NCBI GenBank assembly: GCA_963796685.1
Contig: CAWCMR010000020.1
Coordinates: 32,001 to 96,000 of the forward strand
Source of the DNA: an uncultured delta proteobacterium
Lineage (GTDB): Bacteria; Myxococcota_A; Polyangia; Fen-1088
Direction: 5' to 3'
Length of the DNA stretch: 64,000 nucleotides
Shown here: positions 40,084 through 50,839 of the stretch, one piece after another
How positions within the stretch are numbered: position 1 is the first letter of the stretch
How the letters are laid out: each line of letters begins with the position of its first letter
Notes under the pieces: generated by a model
The model's input: only the letters and a program-made list of their open reading frames with translations
What the model was told of the DNA's origin: nothing
The model's database searches: none
Position numbers and translations under genes: made by a program

Positions 40084-40830
40084 ATGTACCTTGCGCCCAG
40101 CGAGGCCCCGACAGCGAGCTCGATTGTGCGGTGTGGCGAGCGGGGAACGATCCTGGTCGTGGTCATGCTGATCATGGTCGTGCTGCTTGGCCTGGGCATG
40201 TCCGGGCTGTTCCTGACCAAGTCCAATGTTCAAATGCTGACCAACACCAACTTGCGCAACCAGGCGCTGTACGTGGCCGAGGCCGGGCTCGAGCGTGCCC
40301 GCGACATCCTGAACGGTCCCGTGACACCCGATCTGACCGCTCTGCTCGGCGGGGCAGGCCACATCGCCAACCCCGAGGACGAGATCCCGAACGCCTTGGA
40401 TCCGGTCTATGGATTGCCCAACGGACGCGGTGCCGTCTTGACCGACACCGCCGGGGTACCGCTCTTTCGCGTCAACTACCCGACCAGCATCTCGCACGGC
40501 GAAGCCGTTCCCGGCAATCCCCGGGTCATGCCCAACTCGCTGATGGGTATCTACACCGTCTACATCCGCAACGACACCGCGGAATGCCGAATGGGTAATT
40601 TCACCGTCGACGGAATCGCGGCAGGTGGCAACGAAGTCGTGGTGGTCCGCTCCGAGGGCACGGCGAGCGATGGCCGCACCACCGTGGTCCTGGAAATGAC
40701 CATGGGGGGAGCCGTGAGCAACGGCATCACCCAAGGCGCGGGCGGCATCGCGGCTGTTCTGTGCAATTCGGGCAAAAACGCTTGCGACGACAACAACTCC
40801 GTGCAGAACAACGTCGTCGTCAACAATTGA
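40084..40830 (+). CDS. PilX N-terminal domain protein
   Basis: ERGTILVVVMLIMVVLLGLG...QALYVAEAGLERA. Confidence 0.8.
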   Translation: MYLAPSEAPTASSIVRCGERGTILVVVMLIMVVLLGLGMSGLFLTKSNVQMLTNTNLRNQALYVAEAGLERARDILNGPVTPDLTALLGGAGHIANPEDEIPNALDPVYGLPNGRGAVLTDTAGVPLFRVNYPTSISHGEAVPGNPRVMPNSLMGIYTVYIRNDTAECRMGNFTVDGIAAGGNEVVVVRSEGTASDGRTTVVLEMTMGGAVSNGITQGAGGIAAVLCNSGKNACDDNNSVQNNVVVNN

Positions 40831-40848
40831 AATGGTAAAAGGTGGCAG

Positions 40849-41733
40849 GTGGACATGCCCCCTGACACGAAGACCATGACCCGGATCGACGCCAGCTTCA
40901 AAGTCTGTGCCTTGCTCGGCTTTCCCGCCCACCACTCGATGGGTCCGGCCATTCACAACACGGCCTTCGAGGCCATGGCGTTGCCCTTCGTTTACGTCGC
41001 CCAGGACGTCGCGCCCGCGGATCTGGCCACGGCCATGGCCGGTGCTCGCGCCCTCGGCTATCGCGGCCTTTCCATCACCATGCCGCACAAGGTGGCTGCC
41101 CTGGCGCTCGTCGACGAGGTGGACGCGATGGCGCAGGCCATTGGCTGCGTCAACACCGTGGTCAACGAGCAAGGGCGCCTGCTTGGCTACAACTCGGACG
41201 GGCAGGGCGCCCTCGACGCCTTGGCGCGCGCGGACATTGCCGTTGCCAATCGGCGGGTGCTCGTGCTCGGTTCGGGTGGGGCGGCCCGCGCGGTTGCAAT
41301 GACCGTGGCCTTGCTCGGCCGACCGGCCGACCTGGAAATTCTAGGCGTGGTCGAGGACGAGCTGGCGCGCTTGGGGCGCGACATCACGGAGAGAGCGGCC
41401 ACTCGGGTGCGCACGCGGAAGCTCGACGATGCAGTCCTCGCCGCGGCCATGGAACGGGCCGAGGTGCTGTTGCACTGCACGCCGGTGGGCATGACCCCGG
41501 ACACCCATCGGACCCTGGTTCCGAGCAGCCTTCTCCGACCCGAGCTGGCTGTGTTTGATGCGGTGTACAATCCGCGCCGGACGCTTCTGCTCGAGCAAGC
41601 AGCCGCCATCGGCTGCCGAGTGGTCGAGGGCATGGAGATGTTTCTCGGCCAGGCCATGGTGCAATTCGCGCTGTGGACGGGTCAGCCGGCCCCTGTCAAC
41701 GCTATGCGCCAGGTGATCGAGGCGCGGCTGTGA
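40849..41733 (+). CDS. aroE: Shikimate dehydrogenase
   Basis: HSMGPAIHN, ITMPHK, VNT, GYNSDG, GSGGAARA, VYNP. Confidence 0.95.
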   Translation: MDMPPDTKTMTRIDASFKVCALLGFPAHHSMGPAIHNTAFEAMALPFVYVAQDVAPADLATAMAGARALGYRGLSITMPHKVAALALVDEVDAMAQAIGCVNTVVNEQGRLLGYNSDGQGALDALARADIAVANRRVLVLGSGGAARAVAMTVALLGRPADLEILGVVEDELARLGRDITERAATRVRTRKLDDAVLAAAMERAEVLLHCTPVGMTPDTHRTLVPSSLLRPELAVFDAVYNPRRTLLLEQAAAIGCRVVEGMEMFLGQAMVQFALWTGQPAPVNAMRQVIEARL

Positions 41734-42260
41734 ACCTGGTCTTGATTGGCTATCGTGGCACGGGAAAGAGCGCGATCGCGAGCAGGCTGGCCAGCCTGCT
41801 CGGCAGGCAGGTCGTCAGCCTGGATCAGGAAATCATTGGTCTTGCCGGCATGGCCATTCCCGACATCGTGGCCGCCCATGGCTGGATCCATTTCCGGGAT
41901 CTGGAAGAGAAGGTCTGCCGCGAGTTCGGCGCCCAGGATGGCATCATCATCGACTGCGGGGGCGGCGTGGTCGAACGTGAACCCAATTTCCAAGCGCTGC
42001 GCGCGGGGGGCAAGGTCTTCTGGCTGCGCGCGACACCGACGACCATCGTGGGCCGCATCGGCGGTGACAATGCGCGTCCTTCCCTGACCGGGAGCAAGAG
42101 CTTCACCCAAGAAGTGGAAGAGGTGCTTGGACGGCGCACGCCGCTTTACGAGCGCCTGGCCCACGCGGCGATCGATACCGACGGCCGCTCGCTGGACGAT
42201 CTGGCGGCGACCATCGCGCGCCGGTTTCGGGCCGCGATCCACGAGCCGGATCCGGGCTAG
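41730..42260 (+). CDS. aroK: Shikimate kinase
   Basis: LIGYRGTGKS, FRDLE, GGG, RPSL, RTPLY. Confidence 0.95.
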   Translation: MNLVLIGYRGTGKSAIASRLASLLGRQVVSLDQEIIGLAGMAIPDIVAAHGWIHFRDLEEKVCREFGAQDGIIIDCGGGVVEREPNFQALRAGGKVFWLRATPTTIVGRIGGDNARPSLTGSKSFTQEVEEVLGRRTPLYERLAHAAIDTDGRSLDDLAATIARRFRAAIHEPDPG

Positions 42261-42415
42261 GTGCGCTTGACGCCAATGGGGGGCCCTCACCAGGTGCGAG
42301 CGATGGCCCGGAAAGATGGCCGGCATGCAACCTGGCTCGTTCGCTTGGCCTGAAATATGTGTTAGATACATAGAGGCGCCGCCTTCGCGGGTGCGATTCT
42401 GCCACAAGGAGCTGC

Positions 42416-43171
42416 ATGCTGGACTCACGCGACAATTCAGTCCTCAAGTCTCTCAAGGAGCTGCGCAAGCAGGAGGAAGATCGGGTCAAGAAAGAGCGAG
42501 CCGAGGCCGAGGCCCGCGCCGATGCCGAGCGGCGTGCAAAAGAAGACGCCGAGCGCAGGGCCAGGGAAGAGACGGAGCGGGCCAAGCGCGAGGAGGAAGA
42601 CCGCCTTCGGCGCATGGCAGAAGAAAAGGAAGCCCGCGAGCGTGAAGAGCGCATTCGCCTGGAGGAATCCGAGCGACGCGCACGTATCGAGGCCGAGACG
42701 CACCTGCAGAAAGAGCGCATGCGGCTCGAGGCCCAGGTCAAGACCGCGGTTCAGGCCAAGAAGACGCCCCTTGGGGCGATTGTCGGCATCGTGGCCGTCG
42801 TCCTGCTCATCGCGGGCGGCATCATCTACAAGATCAAGGCCGACCATGAAAAGCAGCTCGCCGCACAGCAGGCGGAAAGGGATCGCGAGCGCGAGCGGGA
42901 AAAGCTGCTCCTGGCCGAGCAGGAAAAGAAGATGGAGCTCCTGGAAGCCAGCTTCAAGAAACAGCTTGCCGAGGCCAAGAGCGATGCCGAGCGCCTTGCC
43001 ATCCAGAAGCAGTACGACGATGCCAAGGCGAGGACCCACGCGGCGAGCAGCGGCGGAAGCCGGGCCTCGGCCCGGGCCGAGAAGAAGGAGTCTTCCCCCA
43101 CTCCCGCCCCCTCTCTCATCAAGAGCAAGAAGTCCATCTCCGACGACCCGCTCGACGGCTTGAAGCTGTAG
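42416..43171 (+). CDS. Coiled-coil single-TM protein
   Basis: E/R/K-rich coils flanking one TM; ends DDPLDGL. Confidence 0.75.
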   Translation: MLDSRDNSVLKSLKELRKQEEDRVKKERAEAEARADAERRAKEDAERRAREETERAKREEEDRLRRMAEEKEAREREERIRLEESERRARIEAETHLQKERMRLEAQVKTAVQAKKTPLGAIVGIVAVVLLIAGGIIYKIKADHEKQLAAQQAERDREREREKLLLAEQEKKMELLEASFKKQLAEAKSDAERLAIQKQYDDAKARTHAASSGGSRASARAEKKESSPTPAPSLIKSKKSISDDPLDGLKL

Positions 43172-43219
43172 CGCGAACCTGCCCCCACTCCCGCCCGCGG
43201 CCGTGGTAAAAACCGCTGC

Positions 43220-43787
43220 ATGAGTGGTAGCGAGCTTTTCGAACGTCAGCGAGCCAGGCTCCTCGACCTGCTCAAGACCTTGGCCTACGAGGAACGCGAA
43301 GTCGTGCTTGCGTCGGGGCTCAAGAGTAATTTCTACATCGACTGCAAGCAGGCGGTGCTGAGCGCGGAGGGGCACTTTCTGGTGGGTTGGCTTTTCAACC
43401 GCCTCATCGGCGAGCGCGCGCCCGAGGTCGAGGCGGTGGGTGGCCTGACCATGGGTGCGGACCCGCTGGCGTCCGCGGTGGCGACCGTGAGCTACCTTGG
43501 CCCAAGGCCGTTGCATGCGTTCTACGTGCGCAAGGAGCCCAAGGGGCACGGCACGGGGCAATGGATTCGAAGGTCGCAAGCTGCTTCGCCAGGGCATGCC
43601 GGTCGCCATCTTGGAAGACGTGGTCACCACCGGCGGGTCGGCGCTCAAGGCCGTTGCCCGGGCGCGCGACTTCGGCCTCGAGGTCAGACTCATCGTCGGG
43701 CTTGTCGATCGTGAGGAGGGCGGGCGCGAGGTGCTCGAGAAAGAAGCCCCGCTGGTCACCCTGTTTCGGAGGCGCGAGTTCACGTGA
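43220..43787 (+). CDS. pyrE: Orotate phosphoribosyltransferase; frameshift ~43567
   Basis: [20 protein letters not shown], then [11 protein letters not shown] in the +1 frame. Confidence 0.92.
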
Positions 43788-44464
43788 GACGGCGGCCCTG
43801 GGCTTGGCAGTTGGCCTGCGTGCTATGGACGCTGTCGGCCGGATGCGCCACCTCGCGCCTGCCCGTCGTGGATTTTTCCGAGCGGACCAAGAGCTATCGC
43901 CCGGACGACTACCCCGCAGTATTCGAAGCGTGGACGCGCCATGGGAAGCTGGTCCTCGACGTCGGCACCGCGATGGAGATTTGGGCAACCTTCGAGAGCT
44001 GGGATTTCCGGCAGGCCTATGTGGCCAAGTACGCCAAGGTCTACGACCTGTCGGACGACGAGCGCGAGGAGCTGCTCAAGTCCCAGAAGGAGATAGCGCG
44101 TGCCGTGTACGAAATCCACCTGGTCGCCCAGAGCACGAACGATAAGTGGAACGATCTGGACCGCAGGTCGTCGCCCTGGCGGATCACCTTGCTCGACGGG
44201 ACCGGCGCCGAGCTGGCCCCCACGTCGATCAAGCTCGAGAAGCTGCCCGAGATGTACGAGTCCGAGTTCTTTCCCACGCGCACGCTCTTTTCGAAGACCT
44301 ACACCGTGAAGTTCGCTCGTCCGGTGGGCGCGAGCGCGCCCTTCATCGGTTCCCGATCCGGCCGCATCATCCTGCGCATGGACTCGCCCATCGGCAAGGT
44401 CGAGGTGACGTGGGAGGCGAAGGACGGCGGCGGCGAGCCTGAGTCTTCGTCGCAGGGGCGCTGA
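43784..44464 (+). CDS. Hypothetical lipoprotein
   Basis: Lipobox SAGC; GTGA overlap with pyrE. Confidence 0.75.
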   Translation: MRRRPWAWQLACVLWTLSAGCATSRLPVVDFSERTKSYRPDDYPAVFEAWTRHGKLVLDVGTAMEIWATFESWDFRQAYVAKYAKVYDLSDDEREELLKSQKEIARAVYEIHLVAQSTNDKWNDLDRRSSPWRITLLDGTGAELAPTSIKLEKLPEMYESEFFPTRTLFSKTYTVKFARPVGASAPFIGSRSGRIILRMDSPIGKVEVTWEAKDGGGEPESSSQGR

Positions 44465-44486
44465 AGAGGCGTCCGGAAATCGGTGG

Positions 44487-45848
44487 TCAGGGCTCGGGGG
44501 AGTAGCGCATGACCAGCAAGGTGGCGTCGTCCTGCAGGCAGCCGGCGCAGTGGTCGAAGACGGTCTGCATGATGCCGCTCGCGATCTCTTCGACCGGTAG
44601 GGCGTGGCGTTTATCGACTTCGGCGATCAGGCGGGGCATGCCGAAGCATTCGTGGCCGCACCTGGCCTCGGGAATCCCGTCGGTGTAGAGCACGACCAGG
44701 TCGCCCTCGGTGAGCGTCAGGGTGCGGCTTTCCAGGCCGCAAGGGATCTCCTCGCTGATGCCAACCCAGGTGCCGTGGGTCGGCACGGTACGCACCTCGC
44801 CCCCCTTGCCGCACACGATGATGTCCTCGTGCGCGCCGGCGTAGGCGAGGCGGCCGTCGGAAAAGAAACGGAACATGGTCAAGGTGGCGTGATCGTCACG
44901 GCCCATGCGCAGACGCAGGTTCTGATACAGCATCTTGTTGAGGGCAGGCAGAATATGATGCGGAAGGACGTCCGGGTCGTGCAGGATGAGAGCCGACAGA
45001 CCGCTTTGGATCATGAGCATGACCAGCCCGGCTTCGAGCCCGTGGCCGGCCACATCGCCGATGCCCAGCCAGCATCCGTCATGGGTGGGCCGGACATCGT
45101 AGTAGTCGCCGCCCACCGCGCTGGCAGTGGCCATGCGAGCGGCGATCTGCAGCCCGTGCACGAGATGTTCGGTGGGCAGGATCGACGTCTGGATCCGGCG
45201 CGCGATCTCGACCTCCTTGCGCAAAGACGCCAGCGCCGCCTCTCGTTCCAGCGCGGCCTCGCGACGCAGCCGCTCCTCCAGCAACCGGGCCTGTTCCGCG
45301 ACTCGATTTTCCAGTCCCTCGTTCACGCGCAGCAAGTCCTGCGATAGACGCTGGTTCTCGCGCAGGATCCGGCAATGGGCGACCGCGCGTGTGACCGCGG
45401 CGGGAAGCATGCGGATGTGGTCGGACTTGGGCACGAAGTCGAAGACACCCGCGTGGACCGATTCCAGCACGGAGGAGACGGCCCCTTCTTCGCTCAAGAT
45501 GATCACCGGCAACATGGGATCCATGGCGTAGAGGCGCCGGAACACCTCGATGCCATTCATGTCCGGCATGTTGAGATCCGAAATCACCAGGTCCAGATCC
45601 GGCGTCGAGGCCATGTGCAAAGCCTCGCCGCCACTTTGTGCCGTCAGAACCGTCCACCCCATGTCCTCGAGAAACGCGGACACGGCGTCCAGGCTGATGA
45701 AGGAGTCGTCGATGAGCAGGATCTTGCCTGGTGGGCTCGCGGTTTCCTGCGTCGAGCGCAGGAAGGCCATTCGGCTGCGCGCGGAAGGCTTGGAGGCAGG
45801 AACCTTCACCGTCTCGTTCAAGGTGCGTATGGATTCTTGATCGCTCAC
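44487..45848 (-). CDS. Receiver plus PP2C/SpoIIE phosphatase
   Basis: LIDD, SDLNMP; VGGDYYD, GDVAGHG, LYTDG, DDAT; start uncertain. Confidence 0.92.
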   Translation of the reverse strand: MSDQESIRTLNETVKVPASKPSARSRMAFLRSTQETASPPGKILLIDDSFISLDAVSAFLEDMGWTVLTAQSGGEALHMASTPDLDLVISDLNMPDMNGIEVFRRLYAMDPMLPVIILSEEGAVSSVLESVHAGVFDFVPKSDHIRMLPAAVTRAVAHCRILRENQRLSQDLLRVNEGLENRVAEQARLLEERLRREAALEREAALASLRKEVEIARRIQTSILPTEHLVHGLQIAARMATASAVGGDYYDVRPTHDGCWLGIGDVAGHGLEAGLVMLMIQSGLSALILHDPDVLPHHILPALNKMLYQNLRLRMGRDDHATLTMFRFFSDGRLAYAGAHEDIIVCGKGGEVRTVPTHGTWVGISEEIPCGLESRTLTLTEGDLVVLYTDGIPEARCGHECFGMPRLIAEVDKRHALPVEEIASGIMQTVFDHCAGCLQDDATLLVMRYSPEP

Positions 45849-46020
45849 TGCACGTCGCCGCTCATCTCGCCTGGCGAGAACCACTCATGACTCAAGATGT
45901 TGCCGGGCGGGCCTGGTTGGTCCATCGGTCGCCCGGTTGTTTTGCTTGAGGGACTGAGCTTAAGCTGTCGCGGAAGGCTAAAGGTTGCATGCGAAGGCGC
46001 CGATGGTTTGCTGAGGGCTC

Positions 46021-46740
46021 ATGTCTACACTTGTAAGCGAATCCATGCTCTCCCGGCTGCTCCAGTCCGCTCGACACAAGGTCGTGACCGGCATGGCGTC
46101 GATCGGCAAGCCGACTCCGGATGCGGCCTTGCAGCTCGCCGCAGACTTGCACACCATCGCGGGCGAGGCAGCCATGCTGGATCGGCCGGAGCTGTCCAAA
46201 GCCGCGAGCGAAGGCGAAGGGTCCGCGCGCAGGTTGGCGGCGGGCAAAGCCGACGCGCTCGTGCCCTGCATGCGCTCGCTGCGGCGGCTCGGCTACCTTT
46301 TGCAGGAGGCGTCGGAGGCCCGCGACAGCAGCTCGGGCACGGCCCAGAGGGCCGCCCCTGCGAGCCCGAGCAAGCTGCTTATCGTCGATGACAGCCAGGT
46401 CGCGGCGCTGGCCCTGGCGGACGTGTTCGAGATGCACGACTTCAGCGTGCGCGTGGCCTCGAGCATGGAGAAGGCGAACGAGTTGCTCGCCGCCTTCGCA
46501 CCCGATGTCCTGGTCAGCGACGTGCACATGCCCAACATCGACGTCGCCGAATTGTGCCGCAGGTTCCGCGCCGACGCGGGCGACCGGCGCACGGCCTTGA
46601 TCCTGGTCTCCGGGCGCGCCGAGACCGAGTTGCGCGACCGACTGTCCGACATCAAGCCGGATGCCTTCGTGTCCAAGCTGGCAGGCGCGGTGGCGGTGGT
46701 GACCCGGGTCAGCGCCATCTGCCGAGACCTGTTTGAATGA
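46021..46740 (+). CDS. Hpt-like plus receiver domain protein
   Basis: DLHTIAGEA Hpt-like motif; IVDD, SDVHMP, VSG, SK. Confidence 0.8.
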   Translation: MSTLVSESMLSRLLQSARHKVVTGMASIGKPTPDAALQLAADLHTIAGEAAMLDRPELSKAASEGEGSARRLAAGKADALVPCMRSLRRLGYLLQEASEARDSSSGTAQRAAPASPSKLLIVDDSQVAALALADVFEMHDFSVRVASSMEKANELLAAFAPDVLVSDVHMPNIDVAELCRRFRADAGDRRTALILVSGRAETELRDRLSDIKPDAFVSKLAGAVAVVTRVSAICRDLFE

Positions 46741-47285
46741 ACGCCGAGGATCTCGCGCGCGGCGAGCGCAGAGACGCCATGTCGGGGCAGAGCGGCCCTG
46801 CAAGGGAGGCCCCCGGCATCACGCTCATGCTGATGCGCCTAGGGATGCGTTGGTTTGGCGTGGACGTGCGGGCGATAGAAGAAGTAGCCTTGAAAGGTGA
46901 GGTCACGCGCGTTCCCACGGCGCCAAGCCACATTCTCGGCGTCACCAGCTTGCGCGGACGTCTGGTCACCGTGGTCGGATTGGAACAGATGATTGGCGGC
47001 ACCGGCATGCTCTCGCGCGAAAGGTCGGCGACGCTGCCGCGCCTGGTGGTCGTGCGCGATGGCGAATACGAAATGGCCCTGGTGGCCGAGGGCATCCACG
47101 GAATGACGGAATACGTGCCCGCACCGGAGCCGAGCTGGGAGCGGTCGCCCGGCGTTCCCGCGTTCGTGCGCGAAGAATTCCATTGGCGGGGAAACCGGGT
47201 GTCCTTGCTCGATGCCTCGCTCCTGATTGCGACCGCGGCGAAGCTGGCGGGAATCCTTTCACCCTCGCAAGAGTTGGAACCATGA
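46737..47285 (+). CDS. cheW: CheW
   Basis: TRVPTAPSHILGVTSLRGRLVTVV. Confidence 0.9.
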   Translation: MNAEDLARGERRDAMSGQSGPAREAPGITLMLMRLGMRWFGVDVRAIEEVALKGEVTRVPTAPSHILGVTSLRGRLVTVVGLEQMIGGTGMLSRERSATLPRLVVVRDGEYEMALVAEGIHGMTEYVPAPEPSWERSPGVPAFVREEFHWRGNRVSLLDASLLIATAAKLAGILSPSQELEP

Positions 47286-48629
47286 GAACGCTCGGCCTAC
47301 GTACCAAGCTCGTCGTCACCTACACGGGCCTGTTTCTGGCCTTCACCCTGGCCTTTGCCTGGTACCTGATCGAGCGGCAGGGGACCATCGCCTCCCAGGC
47401 GCTCGAAACCCGCGCCAAGGGTCTTTCCGGCATTCTGGCCAAGCTGATTGCGCCGGCCGTCGATCTCGATCTCGACAAGTCGCAGGCTGAAAATTCGCTG
47501 GCGGCCATCAAGGGGCACAAGGATCTGCTTTACGTCGTCGTGCTCAAGGCGGATGGCTCGGTGTACTTGCGCCACAGCGAGATGTACGTGCCCTCGGGCA
47601 GCGAGCTCCTGGAAAACTCGGATACCACCCGGGTCGAGCAGCGGGGCGAGATCCTGAACGTGCTCGAGCCCATTCGCTCGAACGGCAAGGACATCGGCAC
47701 GCTGGCGGCCGGGTTCTCGCGACAATCGATCAATCAAGAGATCCGCACCAGCACGCGCACGGTGGTGAGCTTCAGCGCGGTGATTGTGCTCATCGGGTTT
47801 CTCTCTGCTTGGGTGATTTCCGGGACCATCGCGCGGCCCATGCTGGAATTGGCCAAGAAGCTGACCCACCTGTCCCAGGACCTGGCGGGGCTCGCGCGCA
47901 GCCAGGAGACCGCGAGCAGCCAGCAGGTCTCGGCCATCGACGAGACCCGCGGCACCATGGAGGTGATGTTGGCCTCGGCGCAACAGATCGCCGAAAGCTC
48001 GTCGGCCGTGCTCGGCAACGCCGAACGCACGGTGACGGGAAACCGGGATGTCGCCCACAGGATTCAAGAGCTGAACAACCACGCCGAGCGCGTCGCGGAA
48101 ATTCTCGCCGCCATCATGCAGGTCGCCGACCGTACCGATTTGCTCGCCCTCAACGCGGCGCTGGAGGGCACCAAGGCCGGCGAGGCCGGGCGCGGATTCA
48201 CCTTGGTCGCGGCCGAGATGCGCCGCCTGGCCGAAAGCGTGATGGAGTCGGTGGCGGGCATCCGTCGGCTGATGAACGACATGCGGTCGGCTTCCCAATC
48301 CGCCGTGCAAGCTGGACAGGAAGGCATCGCGCTTTCCGAAGAGACCACGCGCTCGGCGCGCGATATCGCCCTGGTCACGCAGCAGCAGCGCAAGGCAACC
48401 GAGCAGGTCGGGCGCAGCATGGACGACATGGCGGCGACGGTCTCGGAGGCCATGTCGAGCACGCGACAGACCGCCTCCACGGCCCAGGATCTGGTCCACG
48501 CGGCCTTGCGCCTCGACCGACTGGTGGGTAGCAGCAGCAGAAGCCTCATGGAACCCCAGCGCGATCGGGCCGGCCGCGGATCCGGGAGTCCGGCGGATGA
48601 GGTCGCGGGAGAAGCTCCGGGCGGAGTAG
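47282..48629 (+). CDS. Methyl-accepting chemotaxis protein (as written, reads in-frame into CheA)
   Basis: Two TMs; TDLLALNAALEGTKAGEAGRGFTLVAAEMRRLA; TAG at 48627-48629 lies in the +1 frame. Confidence 0.85.
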
Positions 48630-48634
48630 GTCTC

Positions 48635-50839
48635 ATGGCCATCGATCAGGAGGCCCGACGGCAAAGACGTGTCGAGATGTTCCGCCAGGTGGCCGCTGAA
48701 CGCGTCGGCAAGCTCAACCTGGTGTGGATCGAGCTCGAACGAGGCTCCAGCGATCCGGCGGCATTTCTTCGCGAGGCGCACACGCTCAAGGGCGAAGCCA
48801 GCCTCACCGGTTTTGCCTTGGCCGCGAAGCTCGTCCACGCCGTGGAAGACTATGTGAAGCTGGTACGCGACCGGGGCGACGGGCCGGCGGAACGCGACGG
48901 CGATTTGATCTTGAACGGACTGGATCTGGTGTCGCGACTCGCCCAGGGCGAGCCCGATGCGTCTTCGCTGGAAGCCGACGCCTTCATCGCACGCGTGGCC
49001 GCGCTCCTCGGGAAGACCCCGGACCCGCTCGCAAGCACGCCGACGCCGATCCCGTCGGAACCGGTCAAGGCCCTACAGCCGCCGACGCCGACGCCGCTCG
49101 CGACCCGCGAGGATGCCGACGTGCGCGCAACGCCCGCGCCCGTCCAGGTACGCAAGGAAAGCTCGATTCGGGTCACCTCCGAGAAGATCGACCACCTCCG
49201 CGGCATGGTGTCCGATCTCCTGCTCTCCAGCGTTCGCTGGCGCCAGCTCACCCGAAACACGCGGCGCCTGCGCGAGGCGGCCGAGGCCATGCGGCAAGGC
49301 GGGCGGCCCCCCGCCACCGGCGACGAGGCTGCCAAGGTTTGGACGAACATCGTGGCTGGGCTTTCCGATATGGAGTCGCGCCTGCGCGACGAGACCCATG
49401 ATCTCGAACGCTTCATCGGCGATCTCGACGGCACCACGCGCGAGCTGCGCATGATTCCTCTCGCCACCTTGCTCGATCACTTTCCGGTGCCCTTGCGTCA
49501 GCTCGCCCGCTCGCTGGGGCGCCAGGTCCGCTTCGAGATCGAGGGCGAGCAGATCGAGGTCGACAAGGCGCTGCTGGAGATGCTCGATGAGCCGTTGCTG
49601 CATCTTTTGCGCAACGCCATCGACCACGGGGTCGAGCCCGCGGAGCAGCGCGTGCGGGCCGGAAAACCGGCCGAGGCCACGGTTCGCGTCACCGCGGGCA
49701 TGGTGGGGCAGCGGCTGTCCCTGCGCGTCTCCGACGACGGCGGCGGCATCGACGTGGCGGCGGTGCGCAGGCGGGCGCTGGCCACCGGCCTGCTGGATCC
49801 GGCCGTCGCCAACACCGCCAGCGAGGCCGAGATCCTGCGTACCATCTTTGCCGCCGGCCTTTCGACCCGCGAGCAAGTGTCGGAGGTTTCGGGGCGCGGA
49901 ATCGGGCTCAACATCGTTCTCGACGTGGTCGAAAATGTGGGCGGCAAGGTGGATGTTCGCTCCGAGCTCGGGCGTGGCACGACCTTCGACATCGAGGTGC
50001 CCATCACGGTGGCCATCACGCGCGTGGTGTTGTTTCGCGTGGGAATGGGCACCTATGCCTTGCCGGCGGCCTCCGTACGCAGCCTGGTCCTGTCGAGCAC
50101 GATCCAGCATGGCGAAGGTCCGGACGGGCCATCCATCCAGTTCGCCGGCGCCACCGTGCCGGTCCTCGATCTCGGCAAGGTTCTCGACGAACCCGTGACC
50201 CCGGCGGAGGAGGGGGCGCGCATCGTCATCGCGCAAAGTGGCGCCGATCTGGTGGCGTTGACCGGAACCACGGGGCACCTCGAACGCGAGGTCATGCTCA
50301 AGCCCATGGGCAAATTCTTCGAGAAGCTGTCGCTGGTGGCGGCGGCCGTGAACTTGGAAGAGGGCGCTCTTGCGCTCGTCCTCAAGGCCGCCGAGCTGGT
50401 GCTGCTTTCGCGAGCGCGGATCAAGCGGTCCACTTCCGCCGACCTGGAAGCCCGGCACGCGGCCGGCCGCGTGGCCTTGGTGGCCGATGACTCGCCGGTG
50501 GTTCGCGACATCATCGCGCAGGCGTTGCGTTCGTACGGGCTGCACGTGCTGGTGGCGTGCGACGGCGAGGAGGCGCTGGCGATGTTCGCGGCTCACGCGC
50601 GGGTGGACATCGTGGTCACCGACATCGACATGCCCCGCCTCGACGGGTTGGCATTGGTGCGCACCCTGCGCGGCCGACAAGGTTCGAGGGACGTCCCGGT
50701 GGTGGCCATCTCCATGCGCGGCGGCGAGCTGGAAAAGCGCGCCGCCATGGAGGCGGGCATGTCGGCCTACATCGACAAGAGCGACTTCAACCAAGCCCTG
50801 CTGTGGCGGACCATTCGACCGTTCGTGGCCGGGACATGA
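48635..50839 (+). CDS. cheA: CheA hybrid kinase (Hpt-HATPase-CheW-REC)
   Basis: REAHTLKG, HLLRNAIDHG, DDGGG, SGRGIGL, C-terminal REC; own GGAG RBS. Confidence 0.92.
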   Translation: MAIDQEARRQRRVEMFRQVAAERVGKLNLVWIELERGSSDPAAFLREAHTLKGEASLTGFALAAKLVHAVEDYVKLVRDRGDGPAERDGDLILNGLDLVSRLAQGEPDASSLEADAFIARVAALLGKTPDPLASTPTPIPSEPVKALQPPTPTPLATREDADVRATPAPVQVRKESSIRVTSEKIDHLRGMVSDLLLSSVRWRQLTRNTRRLREAAEAMRQGGRPPATGDEAAKVWTNIVAGLSDMESRLRDETHDLERFIGDLDGTTRELRMIPLATLLDHFPVPLRQLARSLGRQVRFEIEGEQIEVDKALLEMLDEPLLHLLRNAIDHGVEPAEQRVRAGKPAEATVRVTAGMVGQRLSLRVSDDGGGIDVAAVRRRALATGLLDPAVANTASEAEILRTIFAAGLSTREQVSEVSGRGIGLNIVLDVVENVGGKVDVRSELGRGTTFDIEVPITVAITRVVLFRVGMGTYALPAASVRSLVLSSTIQHGEGPDGPSIQFAGATVPVLDLGKVLDEPVTPAEEGARIVIAQSGADLVALTGTTGHLEREVMLKPMGKFFEKLSLVAAAVNLEEGALALVLKAAELVLLSRARIKRSTSADLEARHAAGRVALVADDSPVVRDIIAQALRSYGLHVLVACDGEEALAMFAAHARVDIVVTDIDMPRLDGLALVRTLRGRQGSRDVPVVAISMRGGELEKRAAMEAGMSAYIDKSDFNQALLWRTIRPFVAGT

